A model generated the notes under the pieces. The model did not search any database. It saw only the letters and a program-made list of their open reading frames with translations, and was not told the origin of the DNA. Positions 33,419-40,526 of a stretch of DNA of 42,979 nucleotides are shown here, in pieces. The translations under genes and the position numbers were made by a program. Every line of letters starts with the position of its first letter. The first letter of the stretch is position 1. The DNA lies in assembly GCA_035470765.1 (NCBI GenBank), contig DATIQP010000201.1:1-42979 (forward strand). The letters are read 5' to 3'. The stretch is from Polyangiaceae bacterium. GTDB taxonomy: Bacteria > Myxococcota_A > Polyangia > Polyangiales > Polyangiaceae.

Positions 33419-34395
33419 GAGGCCGTTTCCTCATCGTCCTCGCGGTGTGCGTCGACGTAGTCCTCCCCACCGGGTGCAGCGCGATGGGCCCGGCCGACAC
33501 CGGGCCTTCACCGGACGCCGGCGGCAACGACGTTTCGCTGAGTACCGACGCGAAGGTCTCGCCGACCCATCTGGTCGTCGTCAACGCCTTGGATCAGTCC
33601 CTCGGCGCGCTGAGCGACGACGACGTGCGCGTCTGCTTGGGCACGGGTCCGGGCGATCGCCCCCTCCCAGAGGATCCCACCCACCCCGTCCCGCTGAGCA
33701 ACTACCCGGGCATCCCGCTCGGAGGCGGAGTCGACCTCGGCCAGTACCTCGCTCCGTCCACGATCTACGTGATCTCCGCCAAGCTGCAGAAGGACAACTA
33801 TCCCGGCGGGCCGGCGCAGGTCGCGTGCAACGAGATCCTCTCGCCCGGGGCGAGCGCCAAGCCCTACCTCGCCGTGAGCGTTCCGCCCGGCTCGGGTCAG
33901 GCCCGCCTCGTGGTGCTGCTCGACGACACGGGCGACGGCGGCGCTGCGGCGGCCGCCGCCACGCTGGACGAAGCCACCTACGATCCGGACGACGCCGGCG
34001 CCACGGTCCACGCTCAGCTCGGCGCGTTCGGCCCGTGGGCGCGCCAGTCGGTCACGGTGGACAGCGTCGATCCGACCGACGCCTCCGCGAGCCTTGCGGC
34101 CTTCGACGGAGGGAGCGTCGCTCCGCCTCAGAGCCTGCTCGTCGACGTCTCGCCGTTCGACGGTCGCGCTCTCCGCTTCAGCTCGGCCGGCGCCGTGCCG
34201 AGCGAGCTCGTCCAGAGCTTCCAGGACATCCAGTCGGTGTCGGATCCGACCACGAGCGCGAGCGTCTTCTACGGCCAGCGCGCGAACTTCGTCTTCTTGG
34301 CGCTCGGCGCTCCAGGCGCGGCCGACGCGGCGGCGGCCCCACCGTCCTTCGAGAGCCGGGCCCTTCACATCGTCGCCATTCCGTACGTGCCCTGA
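33415..34395 (+). CDS. Lipoprotein of unknown function (paralog B)
   Basis: ATG at 33415 overlaps the upstream TGA (ATGA). Signal MRGRFLIVLAVCVDVVLPTGCS. Shared motifs with paralog A: D(V/D)R(I/V)C, P(L)xNYPG(V/I), GxDLG, IQ(W/S)VSDPTT, FY, RALH(V/I)(L/V)A(V/I)P. The first 880 codons of track ORF 30772-34395 are not coding. Confidence 0.75.
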   Translation: MRGRFLIVLAVCVDVVLPTGCSAMGPADTGPSPDAGGNDVSLSTDAKVSPTHLVVVNALDQSLGALSDDDVRVCLGTGPGDRPLPEDPTHPVPLSNYPGIPLGGGVDLGQYLAPSTIYVISAKLQKDNYPGGPAQVACNEILSPGASAKPYLAVSVPPGSGQARLVVLLDDTGDGGAAAAAATLDEATYDPDDAGATVHAQLGAFGPWARQSVTVDSVDPTDASASLAAFDGGSVAPPQSLLVDVSPFDGRALRFSSAGAVPSELVQSFQDIQSVSDPTTSASVFYGQRANFVFLALGAPGAADAAAAPPSFESRALHIVAIPYVP

Positions 34396-34414
34396 ATCTG
34401 TCACCATCGCGGCG

Positions 34415-34951
34415 ATGACTCGTCTCTGCGTCTTCTGCGGCTCCAAGACCGGGTCTCGGCCCGCGTACGTCGAGGCGGCGCGCGCCGTCGGGCGGGCGCT
34501 CGCCGCGCGTCGCGTCGGCCTCGTCTACGGCGGCGCGAGCGTCGGCGTGTTGGGCGAGCTCGCCGACGCGGTGCTGGCCGAGCGCGGCGAGGCCATCGGC
34601 GTCATCCCTCACGGCGTCTTCGATCGCGAGGTGGCCCACCGCGGGCTCACCGAGCTGCACGTCGTGACCAGCATGCACGCGCGCAAGGCGATGATGGCCG
34701 ACAAGAGCGATGCCTTCCTCGCGCTGCCCGGCGGGCTCGGCACGTTCGACGAGCTGTTCGAGGCGCTCACCTGGAAGCAGATCGGCTTGCACCAGAAGCC
34801 CATCGGCCTGCTCGACGTGGACGGCTACTTCGGCGACCTGATGGCGATGGTGCGCAGGAGCGAGCGCGAGGGCTTCCTCGACGCGGCCCCCATCGCCGTG
34901 GTCGACCCGTCCATCGACGTGGTGCTCGACGCGCTCCTGCCGAACGGATGA
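34415..34951 (+). CDS. LOG-family protein (cytokinin riboside 5'-monophosphate phosphoribohydrolase-like, TIGR00730 type)
   Basis: Reads MTRLCVFCGS...LVYGGASVGVLGELA...ALPGGLGTFDELFEALTWKQIGLHQKPIGLL, containing the GGGxxGxMG-like and PGGxGTxxE signature motifs of the LOG/YgdH family. Confidence 0.9.
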   Translation: MTRLCVFCGSKTGSRPAYVEAARAVGRALAARRVGLVYGGASVGVLGELADAVLAERGEAIGVIPHGVFDREVAHRGLTELHVVTSMHARKAMMADKSDAFLALPGGLGTFDELFEALTWKQIGLHQKPIGLLDVDGYFGDLMAMVRRSEREGFLDAAPIAVVDPSIDVVLDALLPNG

Positions 34952-34954
34952 TTT

Positions 34955-35467
34955 CTAGAGGCCGACGATGCAGTCGTACTGTTGCCGGTAGTGGACGAGC
35001 ACCGGCGGCGTGCCGTCGCTCGCGGGCACGAACGTCACGCCGATGCGCAGGTACAGCTGCGACCTCTGACCGATGCTCTGCAGCTTCGGATCCACGTCGA
35101 CCCCGGTCCACGCGGTGATGTCCGGTCCCGTGACCGTCGCGAGGCTCACTGCGGGCGCGCCGTCGAGCCCGCTCTGGGTGGCGGCGGAGGCGGCGGTGAA
35201 GACGAGCGCCGAGTCGCCGGGAGTTTGCGTCTGGAAATCGAAGAAGTGCCAGACGGGGACCTTGCCCGCCGTGCAGACACCCTCGTAATCGAGCGCGAGG
35301 CCGGGTGCGCCTGCGTCGGCGTCCGCGGCCGCGTCCGCGCCGGCCTCGGCGGGCGGGCGCACCACGACCTCGGCGTAGTACGCGGCATCCGGATCGCCGA
35401 GCGGAGGCGGCATGTCGTTCGAGCATGCGCCGAGGCACGGCAGCAGCAGGGCCAGCGCGCGACGCAT
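34955..35467 (-). CDS. Hypothetical lipoprotein
   Basis: 170 aa with lipobox ALALLLPCLGACS. No recognisable domain. Convergent with LOG (3-nt gap). Confidence 0.6.
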   Translation of the reverse strand: MRRALALLLPCLGACSNDMPPPLGDPDAAYYAEVVVRPPAEAGADAAADADAGAPGLALDYEGVCTAGKVPVWHFFDFQTQTPGDSALVFTAASAATQSGLDGAPAVSLATVTGPDITAWTGVDVDPKLQSIGQRSQLYLRIGVTFVPASDGTPPVLVHYRQQYDCIVGL

Positions 35468-35468
35468 G

Positions 35469-36290
35469 TCAGGAGAATAGCGCGAAGCGCACCTCGGCGC
35501 CGAGAGGCAGCGCGTGGAAGCGATCGAGGTCGGCGGCCGCGATGACGCCGATCAGCGGGTATCCGCCCGTGGTCGGTCCGTCCGGTCCGAGGACGATCGG
35601 CAAGCCGGACGCGGGGACCTGGATCGCGCCGACGGCCATCGGCGAGGACGACAGCGCGTCTGCGAACCCCGGCGCCCGCGGGATCGGCAGGCCCTCGAGC
35701 CGCGTTCCGGTGCGATCGCTCTGGGACCCCACGCGCCACCCTTGCCCCATCAACGATTCCACCCCCGCCTCGCCAAACGAGTCCAGATCCGGGCCCACCA
35801 CCAGGCGAACAGGATCTCCCTCGTTCCCCATTCCCATTCCTGGTTCATACACTCCACCTTCGTCCTCTTCCCCCACCAGCAGCCGATCCCCCGCGCGCAG
35901 CGCTCGGCCCTCGAAGCCGCCCAGCCCCGCCACCCGCAGCGTCGACCGGCTGCCGAGCACCGGCGGGACGTCGACCCCGCCCGCCACGGCGAGGTAGCGC
36001 ACGCGGCGCGACGCGTCCGGCTCGACGGCGAGCTCGGCGCCCGGCGAGAGCACGCGACGATCGCCGCGCTCGGTCGCGACGACGAGCTCGCTCTCCGCGG
36101 CGACGACCAGCCGTCCGCTGAGCTCGATCGCCGCCGCGCCCGCGTCGTTGCCGACCGCCGCGTTCGCGCGCGCGAGCGCCGACCGCACGAGCGCGCCCCC
36201 GCGCGGCACGCCCTGGGACGCGAAGCCCGCCCGGCCGAGGTCCTGCACGAGCGCCAGCCCCATCACCTTGCGGACGACGAGGGCGCTCAC
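35469..36290 (-). CDS. pxpC: 5-oxoprolinase subunit C (biotin-independent carboxyltransferase-like, KipA/allophanate hydrolase subunit 2 family)
   Basis: The N-terminus LALVQDLGRAGFASQGVPRGGAL and the C-terminal GPDGPTTGGYPLIGVI are typical of PxpC. The GTG start overlaps the pxpB stop (GTGA). Confidence 0.85.
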   Translation of the reverse strand: MSALVVRKVMGLALVQDLGRAGFASQGVPRGGALVRSALARANAAVGNDAGAAAIELSGRLVVAAESELVVATERGDRRVLSPGAELAVEPDASRRVRYLAVAGGVDVPPVLGSRSTLRVAGLGGFEGRALRAGDRLLVGEEDEGGVYEPGMGMGNEGDPVRLVVGPDLDSFGEAGVESLMGQGWRVGSQSDRTGTRLEGLPIPRAPGFADALSSSPMAVGAIQVPASGLPIVLGPDGPTTGGYPLIGVIAAADLDRFHALPLGAEVRFALFS

Positions 36291-36934
36291 TCGGCGCTCC
36301 GGAAGCGGACGCGATCGCCCGCTCGCAGGAGCGCGCCCTCGGCCGAGAAGAGCTCGGGGGGCACCGGCGCCGCACGCTCGAGCGAAGAGGCAGCGCGGAC
36401 CTCGACGTCGACGAGCGTCCCGACGAGGCGCCAGCCGCCGGGGCTCGCGAACGGATAGACGCCCGTGTACGGACCGGCGATGGCGACGGCGTTCTTCGGC
36501 ACGCGCGGGCGCGGCGTGCTCCGCCGCGGAACGACGAGGCGCTCGGGCAGGCCGGCGAGGTAGGCGAACCCCGGTAGAAAGCCGAGGAACGACACCTCGT
36601 ACTCGGCGCTCTGATGGAGCCGAGCGACCTCTCCGGGCGAGAGCCCGACCTCCCCGGCGACCTCCGCGAGATCGGGACCGTCGTAGCGAACGACGAGCTC
36701 GATCGTCCTGCGCGCCCTAGCGGGCGGCGCGCTCGCCGCCTCGAGCGACGCGAAGGGAACCGTCGCGAGGTCCGGCGCGGCGCGGTCGTAGTAGACGCCG
36801 ATCCACGCCTCGGTGACGATCGCGTCGATCACGCCCGGCCAGCCTCGAACGAGCTCGAGCAACCGGCTCGCGTCGCTGCCGGGCGGCCGCGCGACGCGCA
36901 CGGCGCGATCTCCGAGCTTCGCGACGCGGCTCAT
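36287..36934 (-). CDS. pxpB: 5-oxoprolinase subunit B (KipI/allophanate hydrolase subunit 1 family)
   Basis: Reads FLGFLPGFAYLAGLPERLVVPRRSTPRPRVPKNAVAIAG..TGVYPFASPGGWRLVG, which is the PxpB signature. The ATG overlaps the pxpA stop (ATGA at 36931-36934). Confidence 0.85.
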   Translation of the reverse strand: MSRVAKLGDRAVRVARPPGSDASRLLELVRGWPGVIDAIVTEAWIGVYYDRAAPDLATVPFASLEAASAPPARARRTIELVVRYDGPDLAEVAGEVGLSPGEVARLHQSAEYEVSFLGFLPGFAYLAGLPERLVVPRRSTPRPRVPKNAVAIAGPYTGVYPFASPGGWRLVGTLVDVEVRAASSLERAAPVPPELFSAEGALLRAGDRVRFRSAE

Positions 36935-37623
36935 GCGACGCCGGCCAGCGCCCGGCGGACCGCCCGCGCGATGGCGAGCGCGTGGGGGCCGTCTCCGTGC
37001 ACGCAGATCGTGTCGACCTCGTCCGAGAGCGCGAGCGCGCGCGCCGCGGCCTCGGCGGGCTCTTCGATCATCGCACCGGGCTCGCCGCGCGGCACGAGCG
37101 AGCCGTCGGCGCGGGTCGCCCGATCCGCGAAGCCCTCGCGCGCGTAGCCGAGCCCCAGCTCACGCGCCGCCTCGAGGGTCGCTCCGCGCGGCGGGCCGAG
37201 CACCGTGATCTCCGACCCGAGCGCGTCCACCACGCCGCCCAGCGCGGCGCGCGCCACCTCGAGGTCTGCGTTCGCCGCGTGGTAGAGCGCGCCGTGGAGC
37301 TTCGCGTGGTGGATCGGGACGCCGAGGGAGCGCGCTGCCGAGGCGAGCGCCCGGCACTGCTCGGCCACGCTCGCCCGCAGCGCGTCCACGCTCATCGCCA
37401 CCGACTTGCGGCCGAAGCCGGCGCGGTCGGGGTACGACGGGTGAGCCCCGGCGCGCGTCGCCGACTGCTTGCAGAATGCAAGGACTCGGCGCATCGACGC
37501 CTCGTCGCCGGCGTGACCGCCGCAGGCGACGTTCACCACGTCGGCCAGCGCGTAGAGCTCGTCCGGCTCGTCCGGCAGCTCGCCCGCGTCGACGTTGAGG
37601 AGCGCCCTGGTCACGCTCGACAT
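36931..37623 (-). CDS. pxpA: 5-oxoprolinase subunit A (LamB/YcsF family)
   Basis: Reads LNVDAGE...VNVACGGHAGD...GAHPSYPD, the LamB/YcsF motifs. Start placed at the ATG at 37623. The track start at 37653 would overlap the divergent P450 start codon. Confidence 0.85.
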   Translation of the reverse strand: MSSVTRALLNVDAGELPDEPDELYALADVVNVACGGHAGDEASMRRVLAFCKQSATRAGAHPSYPDRAGFGRKSVAMSVDALRASVAEQCRALASAARSLGVPIHHAKLHGALYHAANADLEVARAALGGVVDALGSEITVLGPPRGATLEAARELGLGYAREGFADRATRADGSLVPRGEPGAMIEEPAEAAARALALSDEVDTICVHGDGPHALAIARAVRRALAGVA

Positions 37624-37651
37624 TCTAGGCCAACCCCCTACGCTCGAGGGC

Positions 37652-38998
37652 ATGCCGTTGCCTCCCGGCCCCGCGACCCTCCCCGCCGTGCTCCTGTGGC
37701 GCTGGATCCGCCACCCGTTCGAGCTGATGGACCACTGCCACGCTCGCTACGGCGACATCTTCAAGCTCCGCTTCTTCATGCTCCCGCAGGGGCTGGTCGT
37801 CCTCTCCGATCCGCTCGACATCAAGAAGGTCTTCGCGCTCGGCCCGGACGAGGCGCACGCCGGCGAGGCCAACATCGTGCTCAGGCCCTTCCTCGGCGAG
37901 CACTCGCTCCTCTCGCTCGACGGCGCCGAGCACCTGCGCCACCGCAAGATGATCCTGCCCGCGTTCCACGGCGAGCGCATGCACGCGTACGGCCGCACCA
38001 TGATGGAGCTCGCGCGCGACTCGATCGATCGCTGGCCCGTGGGCCGGCGCTTCGCGGTCCACCGGCCGATGCAGTCCATCACGCTGCAGGTGATCCTCCG
38101 CACCGTCTTCGGCGTGCAAGAAGGGCCGCTGTTCTCCGAGCTCTCCGACGTGCTCGCGAAGGAGCTCGACGTGAGCTCGTGGCCGGGGCTGCTCTTCCCC
38201 GTGATGCAGCACGACCTCGGCCCGCTCAGCCCGTGGGGCCGCTGGACGCGCTACCGCGACCGCGCGAGCGCCCTCATCCGGGCCGAGATCCGCAAGGCGC
38301 GCGCGGCGGGCGACCCGTCGCGCACCGACGTCCTCGCGATGATGATCGCCGCGAGGGACGACCAGGGCCGCCCGCTCGGGGAGGACGAGATCCACGACGA
38401 GCTCGTCACCCTGCTCGTCGCCGGCCACGAGACGACGGCGACGTCGCTCGCCTGGGCGCTGCGATGGATCCTGCCGGACCCGGGCCTCTTGCGGCGCCTG
38501 CGGGCGGAGATCGAGAGCGCCGAGGGCGATCCGGGGAAGATCGCGAAGCTCGAGCTGCTCGACGCGACGGTCAAGGAGACCCTGCGCCTCCAGCCCGTCG
38601 TCCCGATGGTGGGCCGGGTGCTGCACGCGCCCCTCGAGGTGCACGGCTGGGAGCTGCCGCCGGGCACCGTCGTCGCGCCGTCGATCTACCTCGTGCACCG
38701 CCGGCCTTCGCTCTACCCGGAGCCCGAGCGCTTCAACCCCGACCGGTTCTCGTCCTTCAAGCCCGCCGCCTGGGAGTACTTGCCGTTCGGCGGCGGGCTG
38801 CGCAGGTGCGTCGGCGCGTCGTTCGCCCAGTACGAGATGAAGATGGTCCTCGCGTCTCTCTTGCCGCGCGTCGAGATGCGCCTGGCGACCGATCGGATCC
38901 GCGTCGTGCGGCGCAGCATCACGCTCACCCCGTCGGAGGGCCTGCCGGTCATCGTCACCGAGAAGCGGCCTGCCGCGACGGCACGGCGCGCCGCCTAG
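37652..38998 (+). CDS. Cytochrome P450
   Basis: Has the PPGP N-terminal hinge, the I-helix LLVAGHETTA, ETLR (ExxR) and the heme-thiolate loop FGGGLRRCVGASFA (FxxGxRxCxG). Start at the ATG at 37652. Confidence 0.9.
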   Translation: MPLPPGPATLPAVLLWRWIRHPFELMDHCHARYGDIFKLRFFMLPQGLVVLSDPLDIKKVFALGPDEAHAGEANIVLRPFLGEHSLLSLDGAEHLRHRKMILPAFHGERMHAYGRTMMELARDSIDRWPVGRRFAVHRPMQSITLQVILRTVFGVQEGPLFSELSDVLAKELDVSSWPGLLFPVMQHDLGPLSPWGRWTRYRDRASALIRAEIRKARAAGDPSRTDVLAMMIAARDDQGRPLGEDEIHDELVTLLVAGHETTATSLAWALRWILPDPGLLRRLRAEIESAEGDPGKIAKLELLDATVKETLRLQPVVPMVGRVLHAPLEVHGWELPPGTVVAPSIYLVHRRPSLYPEPERFNPDRFSSFKPAAWEYLPFGGGLRRCVGASFAQYEMKMVLASLLPRVEMRLATDRIRVVRRSITLTPSEGLPVIVTEKRPAATARRAA

Positions 38999-39046
38999 GT
39001 CCACGGCCCCGGTCGCCTCTCTCCCAGTCGCCGCCCTCGGGAATTT

Positions 39047-39276
39047 GGGCCACCCCGGGCTGAAGCCCGGGGCAGGCGAAGAACGCATCCCGTGATCCCG
39101 ATTCAAGTCCGCCGTCCGGCGGACTCGCAGCACACCTCACGCGTTTGCCGCTGGATCCCGCCGGTCGGCGCCCATCGCTTCGCACAAGGTCAATGAGAGC
39201 CCGCCGCAGGCGGGCTTTGGGTGGGCCGACCATCGACGGTCTTTTGCCTGCCCCGGGCTTTAGCCCGGGGCGGCCC
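39047..39276. repeat. Composite palindromic intergenic element, copy 2, 230 bp
   Basis: The left terminus (39047-39077) is identical over 31/31 nt to copy 1. The right terminus (39246-39276) is GCCTGCCCCGGGCTTTAGCCCGGGGCGGCCC, matching the inverted repeat at 29/31. Internal hairpins are AGTCCGCC-GTCC-GGCGGACT (39106-39125) and AGCCCGCC-GCA-GGCGGGCT (39198-39216). Sub-terminal blocks shared with copy 1 are CGTGAT..GAT..TTCAAG and CTTTGG.TGG...GGTCTT. Confidence 0.75.
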
Positions 39277-39281
39277 CATCC

Positions 39282-40394
39282 CTACATGATCGAAAAGCGG
39301 CGGGTCGCCATCGCGGCCCTCACCCGCTCGGTGGCGAGGCGCACCGCGGCCTCCCGCGGGATCTCGCGGCGCGATGCGACGTCGTCGAGCACGGCCTTCG
39401 TGTTCGCGCGGATCTTCTCGGCGATGGCCTCGAACGCCGCGCCGCGCGTGGCGCCGTGGTACTCCATCGCCGCGCAGATGACGCCGCCGGCGTTGGCGAT
39501 GAAGTCCGGGACGACGAGCACGCCGCGATCATGGAGCATGCGCTCGGCGCCGACGGTGAACGGGATGTTCGCGCCCTCGAGCACGAGCCTCGTCCTGAGG
39601 CGCCCGGCGTTCTCCTCGCGCACGACGTCGGGGCGCGCCGCGGGGATCCAGATGTCGCACTCGACGTCGAGGATCGCCTCGCCGTCGAGCTTCTCGGCGC
39701 GGGCATAGTCGCGCACGCTCCCGCCCTGCTGGTTGATGCGCGCGAGCTCCTCGACATCGAGCCCGCCGGCCGCGCGGATGGCGCCGCGCGAATCGCTCGC
39801 GCCGACGAGGACGCAGCCTGCCGCGACGAGGAAGCGCGCGGCGTGCTTGCCCACCGCGCCGAAGCCCTGCACCGCTACGCGCGCGCCGCGGAGCTCGAGC
39901 TTGCAGTACGGGGCCGCGACCTCCGCCGCGTGGCGGATGCCGAAGCCCGTGGCGCCGAGCGTGTCGAGCGGGATCCCACCGAGGGCCTCGGGCAGGCCCA
40001 CCGCCCGGCCGATCTCGTCCTCGATCCACGCCATGCACCCCTCGTCGGTCCCCATGTCGGGCCCGAAGACGTAGTCCGCCTCGTTGCGCAGCGCGTGAGC
40101 GAAGGCCCGGATCATCGCCTCCTTGCGGTCGGGCCGCATGTGCGGATCGCCGCGGAGGACCGACTTCCCCCCGCCGTGCGCGAGGCCGGCGGCGGCGTTC
40201 TTCATGGTCATGGCGCGCGCAAGGCGGAAGCACTCCTCGGTGCCCACGTCGACGGCCATGCGCAGCCCGCCGATGGCCGGGCCTCGCGCGACGTTGTCGA
40301 CGACGAGCGTGCCGCGCAGGCCGATCGACGGCTCGTGCACGTGGATGATCTTGGCTGGGCCCAGCTCGCCGGCGAAACGGAATGCATCTTCCAT
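39282..40394 (-). CDS. Glu/Leu/Phe/Val-family amino-acid dehydrogenase
   Basis: 370 aa with GPAIGGLRM, the catalytic-Lys block GLAHGGGKSVL and the Rossmann motif VAVQGFGAVGKH. Confidence 0.9.
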   Translation of the reverse strand: MEDAFRFAGELGPAKIIHVHEPSIGLRGTLVVDNVARGPAIGGLRMAVDVGTEECFRLARAMTMKNAAAGLAHGGGKSVLRGDPHMRPDRKEAMIRAFAHALRNEADYVFGPDMGTDEGCMAWIEDEIGRAVGLPEALGGIPLDTLGATGFGIRHAAEVAAPYCKLELRGARVAVQGFGAVGKHAARFLVAAGCVLVGASDSRGAIRAAGGLDVEELARINQQGGSVRDYARAEKLDGEAILDVECDIWIPAARPDVVREENAGRLRTRLVLEGANIPFTVGAERMLHDRGVLVVPDFIANAGGVICAAMEYHGATRGAAFEAIAEKIRANTKAVLDDVASRREIPREAAVRLATERVRAAMATRRFSIM

Positions 40395-40526
40395 GGTGCG
40401 ACGAGTTGCCGGAACCGTGCCGGCCCCGGCCCCGGACCCGCGCTTTGGCGCGGGCGCAATCGGTGCGTTTCGGGCGCGTTTCTCGCGCGTTGCGAGCCCT
40501 CGTGGCCCGGAGTAGGTTGCACGCCC

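Noticed and set aside
39101-39113. A TTCAAGTCCGCC motif inside the palindromic element that resembles a tRNA T-loop/T-arm (GGTTCAAGTCC); the equivalent TTCAAGCCCGCC lies at 21107-21118
   Set aside because: The 5' half of a T-stem is missing, and no acceptor, D or anticodon arms can be drawn around it. The CCGCC pairs instead with the downstream GGCGG of the element's own hairpin. It is not a tRNA gene, and any tRNA-derived origin is pure speculation.
39456-40526. The 357-codon 5' extension of the FadB-like ORF
   Set aside because: It is antisense to the well-supported amino-acid dehydrogenase gene (39282-40394). The real protein starts at the ATG at 40527, directly before the NAD-binding GxGxxG fold.
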